Shown: positions 1 to 10,057 of the stretch, piece by piece
Position numbering within the stretch: position 1 is the stretch's first letter
Layout: every line of letters starts with the position of its first letter
NCBI GenBank assembly: GCA_963821525.1
Contig: CAWGED010000008.1
Coordinates: 1-64,000 of the forward strand
Source of the DNA: an uncultured Gemmatimonadales bacterium
Lineage (GTDB): Bacteria; Gemmatimonadota; Gemmatimonadetes; Gemmatimonadales; GWC2-71-9
Reading direction: 5' to 3'
DNA: 64,000 nucleotides
The notes under the pieces: generated by a model
Seen by the model: the letters and a program-made list of their open reading frames with translations, nothing else
Database searches by the model: none
What the model was told of the DNA's origin: nothing
Program-made: the position numbers and the translations under genes

Positions 1-577
1 CAGGCTCCTCTGCCCGCTCGACCGGCGCGCGCTCGCGGAGCAGGGCCACGAACTCGCGCATCCAGGCCGGATGGTCGGGCCAAGCGCGCCCCGACACCAT
101 CACGCCGTCGACGACTCCCGCGCCGTCGACGAACTCGGCTCCCGCCGCCGTTACGTCCGGTTCGAGCGCCGGGTAGGCAGCCGTTCGCCTGCCCTTGAGG
201 ACGCCGGCGGCGGCGAGCGCCAGGGGCGCGTGACAGATCTGTGCGACCGGCTTCTGCTCGTCGAAGAAATGCCTGATGATGCGCCGGCAGTCGGCGTCGT
301 TCCTGATGTACTCCGGCGCCCTTCCGCCCGGCACGACGAGAGCGGCGTAGTCGCCGGGGTCGACGTCCCCGAACGCGACGTCCGCGTCGAGGGTGTAGCC
401 GGGCTTCTCCGTATAGGTGTCGTACCCCTCGACGAAGTCGTGGACAACGAACTGGAGCTTCTTCTTCGAGGGGCCGGCGATCTCGACCTCGTAGCCCTCC
501 TCGAGCAGCCGCTGGTAGGGGTACATCACTTCGAGCGACTCCGCTGCGTCGCCGGTGAGGATCAGAATCTTCGGCAT
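1..577 (-). CDS. DJ-1/PfpI family protein (runs off the window start)
   Basis: Manual translation from the ATG at 577: MPKILILTGDAAESLEVMYPYQRLLEEGYEVEIAGPSKKKLQFVVHDFVEGYDTYTEKPGY..., later GGRAPEY and [14 protein letters not shown] lies upstream. Confidence 0.9.
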   Translation of the reverse strand, partial: MPKILILTGDAAESLEVMYPYQRLLEEGYEVEIAGPSKKKLQFVVHDFVEGYDTYTEKPGYTLDADVAFGDVDPGDYAALVVPGGRAPEYIRNDADCRRIIRHFFDEQKPVAQICHAPLALAAAGVLKGRRTAAYPALEPDVTAAGAEFVDGAGVVDGVMVSGRAWPDHPAWMREFVALLRERAPVERAEEP

Positions 578-719
578 CGTGCCCTCCCTTCGCTGCGTAT
601 AGGGAGTGGGAGTGTACGGCGTTTCGTGGCTCGGAGCCGTAAGCCTGGGAGCTCTCACGACGACGGAAAGGGTGACGATGACGGCGAATGGCGACCTCGG
701 CGAGGAGAAGCGGAACTCG

Positions 720-1078
720 TCTCCGAGGGGCCGTGACGGCCCACCGCCCAGCGAGGGTCTCGACACCGGAGTGAGTGCAATGAACACCAGCGACGCCCAT
801 TCCACCCGTTTGGGTGGTGTCGATGGATGCCTCGGGTCGGCTAGATTGGTCGTGCGTCAAGAGAGCGGGCTTGTCCCGCCGCCAACCGGCCTCAGCGGCA
901 CGGTGGCGCAGGTGACGCGGTCTGGTTCAGACAAACCGCTGAAGGAGGAACGTGATGGATTGGTATGTGGTCGATGGCGTCTTGCGCCGCTCTTCAAGGG
1001 TGCTCCGCATCTAGTGGGTGAGGGGTTCTGGGTGCCGGCGAAGGAGCCTGGACGACTTGGGTGACGGGTACCGGGTAA
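720..1078 (+). mobile_element. Structured non-coding IS-end remnant(s), possibly IS110-family left end(s), no transposase
   Basis: Several hairpins (GGGCCG-TGA-CGGCCC; CCACCC-GTTT-GGGTGG; TCAGCGG..CCGCTGA). A strong RBS AAGGAGG plus ATG leads into only 19 codons. It abuts the break point of the LURP-one gene. The IS110 assignment is from recollection of similar ends. Confidence 0.4.
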
Positions 1079-1396
1079 TCGAGGTCGATCGAGAAGCGGT
1101 CGCGGAACGGCTCACGAGTGCCTTCTCGACCGTAGTGATGGCCTTCCCGCCGCGCTCGAACTCCATCTTGTCGCGCAGGCTGAGCTTCTTCTCCTGGATC
1201 GTGAACAGCTCTTCGCCGTCGGGCGTCTCGAGCACGAAAGTGTCGCGGATCCGGAAACGCGTTCCCGTTCACTTTGAAGGCGCGCGCTCCGCCGTTCGGT
1301 CTCAATCCAGTAGTCGTCGCCGATCGCGAACATCTTCTCGCGCATCTGGTACTTCGTCCCGCCATCGCCACCGTGGCGGCCTCTCAGAAGCGGCAT
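1078..1396 (-). pseudogene. LURP-one/Tubby C-like (scramblase-like) protein, 3'-truncated
   Basis: KYQMREKMFAIGDDYWIE...FRIRDTFVLETPDGEELFTIQEKKLSLRDKMEFER...KALVS.FRDRFSIDLD, after which family similarity stops abruptly. Confidence 0.7.
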
Positions 1397-1566
1397 CGCG
1401 AGCTCCTCTGTTCGACCGTCGAGAATAGGTGGCCGCGCCCCGTTGCCCGAGGGGCGCAAATTGCAACTGCAGGCGTCGATCGCTAATGGTGCGCGACGAC
1501 GATCTTTGCGTGTCTTCAGGAGCGCCCGGAGCGGCGCAACGGCCGCTCCGGCGCTACCCGACGCGC

Positions 1567-2867
1567 TCAGTGCACGAACGCGAACTGGTGCGTGTGGACG
1601 TAGTCCACGACCTCGCGGCCCAGGTTCGCCGCCTGGACGTCCGCATTCCTGAAGTGAATCCCTGCCCAGATGCGTGCCTCGAGTACCTCGTTGGTCAGAT
1701 CCGAGAAGCGATGGAACACACGTTGCTCGCCCGGGAACCGGCTGCTCGTGGCATAGAACGTCATCTCGTCGGTCCCGAAGAACGCCTCGAACGCGTGCAT
1801 GCTCGCGCTGGCGTACGATGTCGCACCCGACGGATGCTCCGGGTACGGCGGCCCGGTCAGCAGCGTCGGCGGCCCGATGCCGATGATCGCCGGATCGGTA
1901 ACCGAGGGATCGAACAGCGGCTTCCAAGTCGTGTCCTGGAGCGTCGCCAGATTGCCGTCGATATCGGCCTTCCGGATCGCCGTGATCGGTCGCCAGAAGT
2001 TCCAGTAGTACTTGTCGTTCCAGGCATTGATCAGCGCGTCCGCCGAACTGAGGTCGAGCAGCGCGAACAGGCGCGCGCTGTCGGTCACGTCAAGGGACAG
2101 CTGGTCGACGAACCTGCGAGCGATCGCGTTGTAGTTCGCCGCGGGATTGGTCTGCCAGAACGCGGCGGCGTGGGTCTGGGCAGATGTGCGAAGGACACTG
2201 TTCCACGCGCCCAGCGCCTTGACCTCGTTGAAGTCCGCCGCGTAGGCGGCACTGTCGAGCGGGTACGGTCCCGCAGTGCGGAACTGAGACGCGCTCTCGA
2301 CCACGAACGGCTTCGCGTTCCCCACCCACGGGGTCGGATCGCAGGCCGGAGCTCCACCGGGCCCTGCGAGTGGTTCCCACACGCCGGCCAAGCCGGAACC
2401 GAACGTGCACCCGATCACCGTCCGGCCGTCATGACCCTCTGCGAGCATCGCGGCGGCCGCCATCTCTCCGACCTCGATGCCCTGGTCCTTCGCAGCACCG
2501 TTCGGGATTCCCGCCAGCGAGCCGCCGTAGGCGGTCTGGAGCGCCGGCACTGGGAAACAACGTGTACAGCACCGAAATGCCGCCGTCGCGGCTGCCGCAT
2601 CCACCGACGCCTTCGGAAAGCTGCGGTTCACGAGGTACGGCTTCCCGTGGCGGTCGACCGCGTTGACGGCGCCGTACACGGCGCCTTGCGCCATCGCCAC
2701 GAAGATGCTCCCCGCATTCGGCGCCGACGTCAGCGGCGGCTGCGCATTCACCGTGTTGACTGCGATCTCGTTCCACTTCGTCACTTCGTTGGCCTGCGCC
2801 ACCGCCGGAACGGCGAGCACAAGGGCTCCGCCCAAGACGGCCAACCGGCCGAATCGTGCAGCTTCAT
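1567..2867 (-). CDS. Secreted vanadium-dependent haloperoxidase / PAP2 superfamily protein
   Basis: Signal peptide (..AVAQA), NEVTKWNEIA, WNDKYYWNFWRPI, PYPEHPSG and EARIWAGIHF motifs. Confidence 0.85.
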
Positions 2868-3099
2868 GCCTGCCTCCTTCTCGCCCGGTCGTTTCACCCG
2901 GCACAAGCTTCCTCCTTCCCGCTCAGGGAGTCAACGCCGCCGAGGTCGTGCAGTAGCGCTTTCAAGCTCATGACGGCGTCGGGAGTTCCGCTTCGCACCT
3001 TTCCGCCCGGATCGCGCAAGCCCGATTCGGAGCCATCAGGTAGTCGCCGCTGACCCTCACTGATTTGAGGGGGCCGAAAGGCCCCTCTTCTGCTTGGGA

Positions 3100-3160
3100 A
3101 GAAAACCCCGCCTGAGCGGGCTTCATGGGCGAGCGGCGCACGTAGCCTATGACCCGCATG
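3100..3160 (-). pseudogene. Serine recombinase (resolvase) N-terminal fragment
   Basis: MRVIGYVRRS resembles the resolvase 'IGYxRvS' motif. No downstream similarity. Adjacent to the IS5 end. Confidence 0.35.
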
Positions 3161-3235
3161 GGAGCTAGCCCTCCTGTGCCACGACCCCGGCGGTTCGCGC
3201 CGCGCGGGGTCACTTTTCAACGTTGTGTCACCTCT

Positions 3236-3440
3236 TAGGGCCTATCCCACTAGGCCATGAGCGAGTCGGGCGGCGTGGGCTTTCTTGAACGCGATCAGGC
3301 CGCAGGCGAGTTGGAGCAGCGCGAGGTGGTTCTCGGGTTTCTTCGACCAGCGGATCAGGAGGGCGCGGTTGCGGTTGAGCCAGGAGTGGCAGGCCTCGAC
3401 GACCCAGCGCCGGGCGCGCCATCCTGGTCTGGTTCGTTTG
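3236..3440 (-). mobile_element. IS5-family transposase C-terminal remnant with right terminal inverted repeat
   Basis: RRWVVEACHSWLNRNRALLIRWSKKPENHLALLQLACGLI, an IS5 DDE C-terminus. It ends ...GGATAGGCCCTAA as expected for IS5 ends. Confidence 0.85.
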
Positions 3441-3718
3441 AGCCCCTCGCCGAGCGCGACCACCATGCCGTCGGGGTGCGTCGCGAGAAATGCTCTGACC
3501 GCGTCGTCGAACCGCCGCGCACGAAGCGCCTGCCACTGCCCGAAGCCGTGGCCGAACCGTTCCTCGAACGGATAGTCGATCCGCGCCACGAGCTCCACGG
3601 CCTGCGGGTCGTGGATCAGCGCGCCCGGCCGGCGCGCCTCGACCGCCCGCTGGTAGAGCGTCCAGAGGAGCGTCTCCGGGATACCTTCGAGTTCGACCGC
3701 GACCGTCTCGCGGGTCAT
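3440..3718 (-). pseudogene. LCM-type class I SAM-dependent O-methyltransferase, truncated and fused in frame to the IS5 remnant
   Basis: LEGIPETLLWTLYQRA...DPQAVELVARIDYPF...RARRFDDAVRAFLATHPDGMVVALGEGL, then switches to transposase sequence. Confidence 0.8.
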
Positions 3719-3741
3719 CCGTCCAACCTCGACCCGGGCGG

Positions 3742-4206
3742 TTACCGGCGGCGAACCGCCGCTGCCGTGCGCATCACCGCGGCCGTGCCGAGCACCGTGG
3801 CGGCGCGAAGCGAGGCTGCCATGCGCTTCGGCGCGTCCGGCACCCTGAGCCTCGTCGACCGCCTGTCGGCCAGCCGCGCGTCGAGCAGCCTTCCGACGAC
3901 GAGGACAGTCACCAGTCCGACGATCTGGCCGCCGAGGGCGATCCTGTTTGCGTCGACGGCGGGCTTCCACGTCGCCCTTCCGTCCTTGATGATCCACGCT
4001 CCGCTGGGGCGCGCCATCATCCCGAAGCCGGCGCCGCCCGAGTCGTCGTCGCCGCGGCGACCTGCACCGCCGCCACCGCCGCCGCGAACGGACGCGGCCG
4101 GAATCACCGTCATACCGCCCTTCTCGTAGGGGTCTCCGTAGACGCGCTTGACCGTGATCAGGTCACGCGCGCCTTCGACCAGGTCTTCGAACGTCGTTGT
4201 CTGCAT
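3742..4206 (-). CDS. YtfJ/GerW-like (sporulation protein family) protein
   Basis: TVKRVYGDPYEKGGMTVIPAASVRGGGGGG...GAGFGMMARPSGAWIIK; AAAGGAG RBS. Confidence 0.75.
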   Translation of the reverse strand: MQTTTFEDLVEGARDLITVKRVYGDPYEKGGMTVIPAASVRGGGGGGAGRRGDDDSGGAGFGMMARPSGAWIIKDGRATWKPAVDANRIALGGQIVGLVTVLVVGRLLDARLADRRSTRLRVPDAPKRMAASLRAATVLGTAAVMRTAAAVRRR

Positions 4207-4298
4207 CTCTGCTCCTTTCATCCCGATCGTGCCGCGAACACACCGCGGGCGAATCGGTGAAGCCACTGACCGCGGCCACGGTGACCGCGTGTTTGCTC

Positions 4299-4986
4299 TC
4301 AGGTCCTTCCCCGAATGAGCCGTTTCGGACCCAGGACCGTGGGCGGATCAGGCGGCTCGCGCGTGCTCGAGCCGGTGGGCGATTCCGCGCCTTGCCCGGT
4401 CGAGCGGGGCGGGTCGTTGCCCATCATCAGGAACTGCGCGTTCGCGAGCAGGAGCAGCGCGTCGATCTCGAACGCGAGCTGCTCGACGTCCTCGTCGGCG
4501 CGGATTCGCCCGTCGGCCTGGGCCTCCGCGATCTGCTGCTCGATCAGCATCGTCCATTCGGTGACGACCTTCGCCACCCGCTCGCGCACCGGGCCGGGGC
4601 GGGTGTCGAGCTCGGCGGCCGCCGAGGCGAAGAAGCAGCCGCCCGGGAAGACGCTGCCTTCGACATGCGCCAGAAACCGCTCGCAGAGCGCGTTCAGCCG
4701 GTCGAGCGGCATCCTCGTGCTCAAGCGCGGGCGTGACGACGTGCTCGGTCGAACACGACCGCCGCCGGCGTCGATCGTCGCGAGCTGGAGCTCCTCCTTC
4801 GAGCCGAAGTGGGCGAAGAGGCCGCTCTTGCTCATGCCGACGTAGTCCGCCAGGCGCCCGATCGAGAGGCCGTCGAGGCCTTCGACGGTCGCGAAGCTGC
4901 GCGGCGGCCTCGAGGATCGCCGCGCGGCTCCGCTCTCCATCCGAGCGCCGGCGCCGTTGAGGCTGCGTGCTGGTCACGCTTGACAA
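4299..4986 (-). CDS. TetR/AcrR family transcriptional regulator (frameshifted)
   Basis: EGLDGLSIGRLADYVGMSKSGLFAHFGSKEELQLA HTH; FPGGCFFAS C-terminal motif. Confidence 0.9.
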
Positions 4987-5040
4987 GTTAGCACGACCGT
5001 GCGTATTATGCCCGACATTGAACGACCGATCGTGCTAACT
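4980..5040 (+). promoter_or_regulatory. Sigma70-type promoter and TetR operator between tetR and the methyltransferase gene
   Basis: TTGACA(4980)-N18-TATTAT(5004). Perfect 11-bp inverted repeat AGTTAGCACGA(4986) / TCGTGCTAACT(5030). Confidence 0.7.
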
Positions 5041-5066
5041 ACAAGCAAGCGAGGAGACCGAAGACC

Positions 5067-5895
5067 ATGAGCACCACCATGACCATGCCCGACCTCGCCG
5101 CGATCAAGTCGCGGCAGCAACAGACCTGGGCGAGCGGCGACTTCTCGGCGGTCGCCGCGCGAATCGTCCTCGTCGCCGAGCGCCTCGCCGACACGGCCGA
5201 CCTGCACGCCGGCTGGCGCGTGCTCGACGTCGCGACGCGGGAGCGGCAACGCCGCGATCGCGGCGGCCCGGCTCGGCTGCGAAGTCGTCGGCGTCGACTA
5301 CGTCCCGTCGCTGCTCGAGCGCGGCCGCATCCGCGCGGCCGCCGAGGGGCTCGACGTCGAGCTGGTCGAGGGGGACGCCGAGGCGCTGCCGTTCCCCGAC
5401 GCGTCGTTCGACGCGGTGCTCTCCGTCTTCGGGTCGATGTTCGCGCCCGACCAGGAGCAGGCCGCGTCGGAGCTGCTTCGCGTCAGCCGCCCGGGCGGGA
5501 CGATCGCGCTCGCGAGCTGGACGCCGGACGGCTTCATCGGCGAGATGTTCGTCACGATCGGCGCACACGTCGCGCCGCCGGCCGGTCTGCGCTCGCCGAT
5601 GCGCTGGGGAACCAGGGAGGGCGTCGGCGAGCTGCTCGGCGAAGAGATCGCGTCGATCGGCGTGCGGGAGCGCCAGTTCACGTTCCGCTACCGCTCGGCG
5701 TACGAGCTCGTCGACTTCTTCCGCCGCTGGTACGGGCCGACCGCGAGGGCGTTCGCCTCGCTCGACGACGACGCGCAGGCCGCGCTCGAGGCCGATCTCG
5801 TCCAGCTCGCGACCGAGTACGACCGGCTCGGCGGCGGCGTCGGGGCGATCGCGATCCCGTCGGCTTACACGGAGACAATCGCCCGCAAGCTCTGA
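5067..5895 (+). CDS. Class I SAM-dependent methyltransferase (frameshift ~5238)
   Basis: KSRQQQTWASGDF, RVLDVAT(G), GDAEALPFPDASFDAVLSVFGSMFAPD. Confidence 0.9.
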
Positions 5896-6021
5896 TCGGC
5901 GTCATGCGCCAGCGGGCAGCGCGCTTCTGCGCGGCACGCCGGCGCGGGTCGGCGGATCGGGGCGTAGGATCGGCGCACCTGGTCCGCGGCTTCGCCGGGC
6001 CTACGACACCGAGGAGAGCGC

Positions 6022-6287
6022 ATGCCCACCGTGATCGGCCCACCACGACGTGAAGGACAAGGATCACTGGCTCGCGTCGCCGAAGCGCGAGGAGTTCTTC
6101 GGCCCGCTCGGCGTCACCAACATCCGCACGTTCGTCGACCCGCAGAACCCGACGCACGTGGCGGTCGTGATGGACATCGCCGACCTGGACGTCGTGATGG
6201 CCGCGATGCAGACCGAGGCGCGCAGCCGAGGCGATGGCGCACGACGGCGTGCTGCCCGAGACGCTGGTGCTGCTCGTCGAGGCGTAG
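6022..6287 (+). CDS. Small conserved hypothetical protein (dimeric alpha-beta barrel/cyclase-like)
   Basis: Joined frames give MPTVIGHHDVKDKDHWLASPKREEFFGPLGVTNIRTFVDP...HDGVLPETLVLLVEA; GAGGAG RBS. Confidence 0.6.
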
Positions 6288-6379
6288 GGCCGCCTCAGGC
6301 GATCGAGATCGCACGCTTGCCCTGCACGTGCGTCGCAGCCAGCTCTTCTAGGGCCGCCGGCGCCTCGCTCGAGGGATAG

Positions 6380-7230
6380 CTGCTGCTGGATCGGGATGCG
6401 TCAGCCTGCTGCTGTCGAGCAGCTCGGCGAGGCGGTCGAGGTTCGGTGTCGAGGCCTTGGCTCATCAGGTTGAACCGGGCGGGGCCTTCGCCGGCGGTGC
6501 CGATCGAGGAGGCGTAGCTGTCTGTTCGGCTGGAGGAGCGACGCGTCGGGCCGCAGCGAGATGACGGTCGAGCAGCGCGTCGACGCCCGTCGTGGTACGG
6601 TCGCCGGGATGTGAGCTGCGAGAGTCGTCGTCGCGGTCGACGACCTCGCTCGCGCCGAGCGCGCGCAGGTAGTAGTCGTCGTCCGAGAGGCCGTTGGCGA
6701 CGACGTTCGCACCCACCGCCGCGGCCAGCTGGACGAACAGGCTCCCGACCCCGCCGCTCGCTCCGACCACGAGGACCGTGTCGCCCGCGGCGAGGTCGAA
6801 CGCGTCGAGCGCTCCGATCGCCGTGAGCGCGGCAAGCGGCGCCGCGCCGGCGGTCGTGAAGGCGACGCCGGCCGGCTTTCGCGCGACCGAGGTTCCCGGG
6901 ATGACGAGGTAGTCGGTCCAGCTCCCGTGGCGGAGCGTCGGGCTGGCGAGTGGAACGAACCCGAAGACCTCGTCGCCGGGGCGATATCGGGTCACGGATG
7001 AGCCGACGGCCTCGACGACGCCCGCGTAGTCGCGGCCGAGCGTGACGGGAACTCGTACTCGAGCATCCCCTGCAGCCCCCCCGCCGCGACGGCCGCGTCG
7101 GCCGGGTTCACCGACGACGCGTGCACCCGGACGAGCAGCTCGCCGGGGCCCGGCTGCGGCGTCGGCAGGTCGTCCGGAGGCGAGGAGGGATGTCGAAGCC
7201 ATCGAGGGTGACCGCGACATCGCCTGCCTT
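6380..7230 (-). CDS. NADP-dependent oxidoreductase (MDR/quinone oxidoreductase family), multiple frameshifts
   Basis: PQPGPGELLVRVHASSVNPAD, PVTLGRDYAGVV, TVLVVGASGGVGSLFVQLA. Confidence 0.85.
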
Positions 7231-7298
7231 CCCCGAGGGACGGGCGGAGGCTGACCCATGTCGCACGGCCTGCCGGATGCAACTGGCATAGTCGCGCG

Positions 7299-7881
7299 AT
7301 GAGGCCCGAGCGCATGAACGCCTTCACGGACGGCGTGGTCGCGATCCTGATCACGATCCTCGTCCTCGAGCTGCGGCCGCCCGACGGGGACCACCTCGCC
7401 GACATCCTGGACGAGAAGGGCAAGCTCCTCGTCTACCTGCTGAGCTTCGTCTTCGTCGCGATCTACTGGGTGAACCGCCACCACCTGATGCAGGTCGTCC
7501 ACACGATCGACGGCCGGACGCTCTGGGCGAACATCCATCTGCTCTTCTGGCTCTCGCTGACGCCGATCGCGACCGCGTGGCTCGGCGAGGCGGGCGTGCA
7601 GCAGGACCTGGTCGCCGCGTATGCGATCGTGCTCGCTCGGCTGCGCCTTCGCCTACACGATCCTGACCCTGTGCCTGCTCTCCCTGCACGAGGACGACTC
7701 GAAGCTCGCCCAGGCGATCGGGAGCGACCGCAAGGGCAGGGTGTCGCTCGCGCTGTATCTCGCCTCACTCGCGTTCGCGTTCGTCGTCCCGTGGATCTCG
7801 GTCGTGCTCTTCGTCACCGTCGCGGTCATCTGGTTCGTCCTGGACCGGCGGGTGGCGCGCGTCGTCGCGGACGGGTCGTAG
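7299..7881 (+). CDS. TMEM175 family potassium channel (DUF1211)
   Basis: RMNAFTDGVVAILITILVLEL, YLLSFVFVAIYWVNRHHL, LWANIHLLFWLSL.P. Confidence 0.9.
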
Positions 7882-7932
7882 GGCGCGAGGCGCTCGGGCA
7901 GGAACGTCCGGAGTCGTCCATAACCTCACGAG

Positions 7933-8422
7933 GTGAAAGTCCTCGGCATCGATCCAGGGACGGCTGCTTGCGGGTACGGGATCGTCCACGAAAGCGACGG
8001 GCGCCTCAGGGAGCTTTGCCACGGGTGGTGGCGAACCAGGCCGCGGGAGCGCGTGGAGCTGCGGCTGCTCACGATCTTCGACGGGGTGGCGGGAGCTGAT
8101 CCGGCAGCACGCCCCGGATGCCGTCGCCCTGGAGGAGTCGTTCGTCGGCGCCGACGCCCGCATCGCGCTCTCCGTCGGGCAAGCGCGGGGCGCCGTGCTC
8201 GTCGCCGCGTCGTCCGCCGGCATTGAGTGCGTCGAGTACGCGCCGACCCGCGTCAAGCAGTCGGTGTGCGGCCACGGCCACGCCGACAAGGAGCAGGTGC
8301 AGCGGATGGTGAAGGCGATCCTCGGCCTCGACGAGCTGCCGCACCCGAGCCACGCCGCCGACGCGCTCGCAGTCGCGATCTGCCACGCGACGGCGCCGCC
8401 GCTGCTGAGGGCCGTCTCGTGA
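7933..8422 (+). CDS. ruvC: Crossover junction endodeoxyribonuclease RuvC
   Basis: VLGIDPGTAACGYG, GQARG, EYAPTRVKQSVCGHGHADKEQVQRMV, HAADALAVAICH. Confidence 0.95.
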
Positions 8423-8982
8423 TCGCGCGCCTCCGCGGCACCGTCGCCGCGCGCACGGCTGCCGGGCTCGTGATCGACGTCGGCGGCGTCGGCTACCTCG
8501 TTGCCGCGACGCCGCGCGTCGATGCGCGCGTCGGGGACGAGACCACCGTCGAGACGTACCTCCACGTCCGCGAGGACGCGCTCCAGCTCTACGGGTTCGC
8601 GTCCGCCGACGAGCGCGAGATGTTCGAGCTGCTGCTCGGCGTGACCGGCGTCGGGCCGAAGGTCGCGCTCGGGATCGTCTCCGGGTCGACGCCGGCGGAG
8701 CTTCGCCGCGCGATCGTCCGCGACGACACCGCGCGCTTCGAGGCGATTCCCGGCATCGGCCGCAAGACGGCGCAGCGCGTCGATCCTCGAGCTGAAGGAG
8801 AAGCTCGGCGCGGTCGTGCCCGCCGGGGCGGAGGCGCCGACGGCGACGGCTCGCTGCTCGCGCGGAACGCGCTCGTCGAGCTCGGCTGGTCGATGCTCGA
8901 CGCCGAGCGCGCGCTGGCCGAGGTCGACGAGGGGCTGCCGGTCGAGGAGCAGGTGCGCGCCGCGCTCCGGCGGGCCGCATGA
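8419..8982 (+). CDS. ruvA: Holliday junction branch migration protein RuvA
   Basis: MIARLRG, DVGGVGY, YLHVREDALQLYGF, GVGPKVAL, IPGIGRKTAQR. Confidence 0.95.
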   Translation: MIARLRGTVAARTAAGLVIDVGGVGYLVAATPRVDARVGDETTVETYLHVREDALQLYGFASADEREMFELLLGVTGVGPKVALGIVSGSTPAELRRAIVRDDTARFEAIPGIGRKTAQRVDPRAEGEARRGRARRGGGADGDGSLLARNALVELGWSMLDAERALAEVDEGLPVEEQVRAALRRAA

Positions 8983-9995
8983 CCGAGCGCGTCCTCGCCA
9001 CGACCGTCGCACGACACGCGCGAGGAGGAGCTCGAGGTCACGCTCCGGCCCGCGACGCTCGCCGACTTCATCGGCCAGGAGCGCGTCAAGGAGCAGCTCG
9101 CGATCGCGCTCGACGCGGCGAAGGGCCGCGGCGAGGCGCTCGACCACGTCCTGCTCGCCGGCCCGCCGGGGCTCGGCAAGACCTCGCTCGCGCAGATCGT
9201 CCGCCGCGAGCTCGGCGTCGGGATCCGCCAGGTCGCCGGGCCGGCGCTCGAGCGGAAGGGCGACATCGCCGCGATCCTCACCGCGCTCGAGCCGAACGAC
9301 GTGCTCTTCGTCGACGAGATCCACCGGCTGAACCGGACGATCGAGGAGATCCTCTATCCGGCGCTCGAGGACTTCCGGCTCGACATCATCGTCGGCCAGG
9401 GCCCCGCCGCCCGGACGCTCACGCTCGACCTGCCGCCGTTCACGCTCGATCGGCGCGACGACGCGAACCGGCCTGCTGACGACGCCGCTGCGCGACCGCT
9501 TCGGGCTCACGTTCAGGCTCGACCTCTACACGCCCGAGGAGCTCGGCACGATCGTGCGGCGCAGCGCGCGGATCCTCGGCGTCGAGATCGAGGGCGCGGC
9601 CGCCGACGAGATCGCGCGGCGCGCGCGCGGGACGCCGCGGATCGCGAACCGGATCCTGCGCCGGGTGCGCGACGTCGCCGAGGTGCGGCACGCGGGCGTG
9701 ATCACGATGGACATCGCCGCCGAGGCGCTCGACCTGCTCGAGGTCGACGGCGCCGGGCTCGAGCGGTTCGACCGCGAGCTCCTCCGCGCGATCGTCGAGC
9801 GGTTCGGCGGCGGCCCGGTCGGGCTGTACGACGCTCGCGGTCGCGCTCGGCGAGGAGGCGGAGACGATCGAGGACGTCTACGAGCCGTACCTGCTCCAGC
9901 TCGGGTTCCTGCAGCGCACGCCGCGCGGCCGGATCGTCACCGCGCTCGGCCGCGCGCACGTCGGCGCGGCGCGCGAGGCGACCTCGCTCTTCTGA
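8979..9995 (+). CDS. ruvB: Holliday junction branch migration helicase RuvB
   Basis: [69 protein letters not shown]. Confidence 0.95.
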
Positions 9996-10057
9996 CTGGG
10001 CGGTCCTAGCTCAAGGCACTGGTCGCCGCGCGCCGGCTCCGTCCATACTCGTCGACG

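Noticed and set aside
71..736. Long plus-strand ORF, and many similar Arg/Ala/Pro-rich ORFs such as 1429-2973, 13396-14976 and 44800-46587
   Set aside because: Antisense or off-frame shadows of real genes in high-GC DNA, with no family motifs
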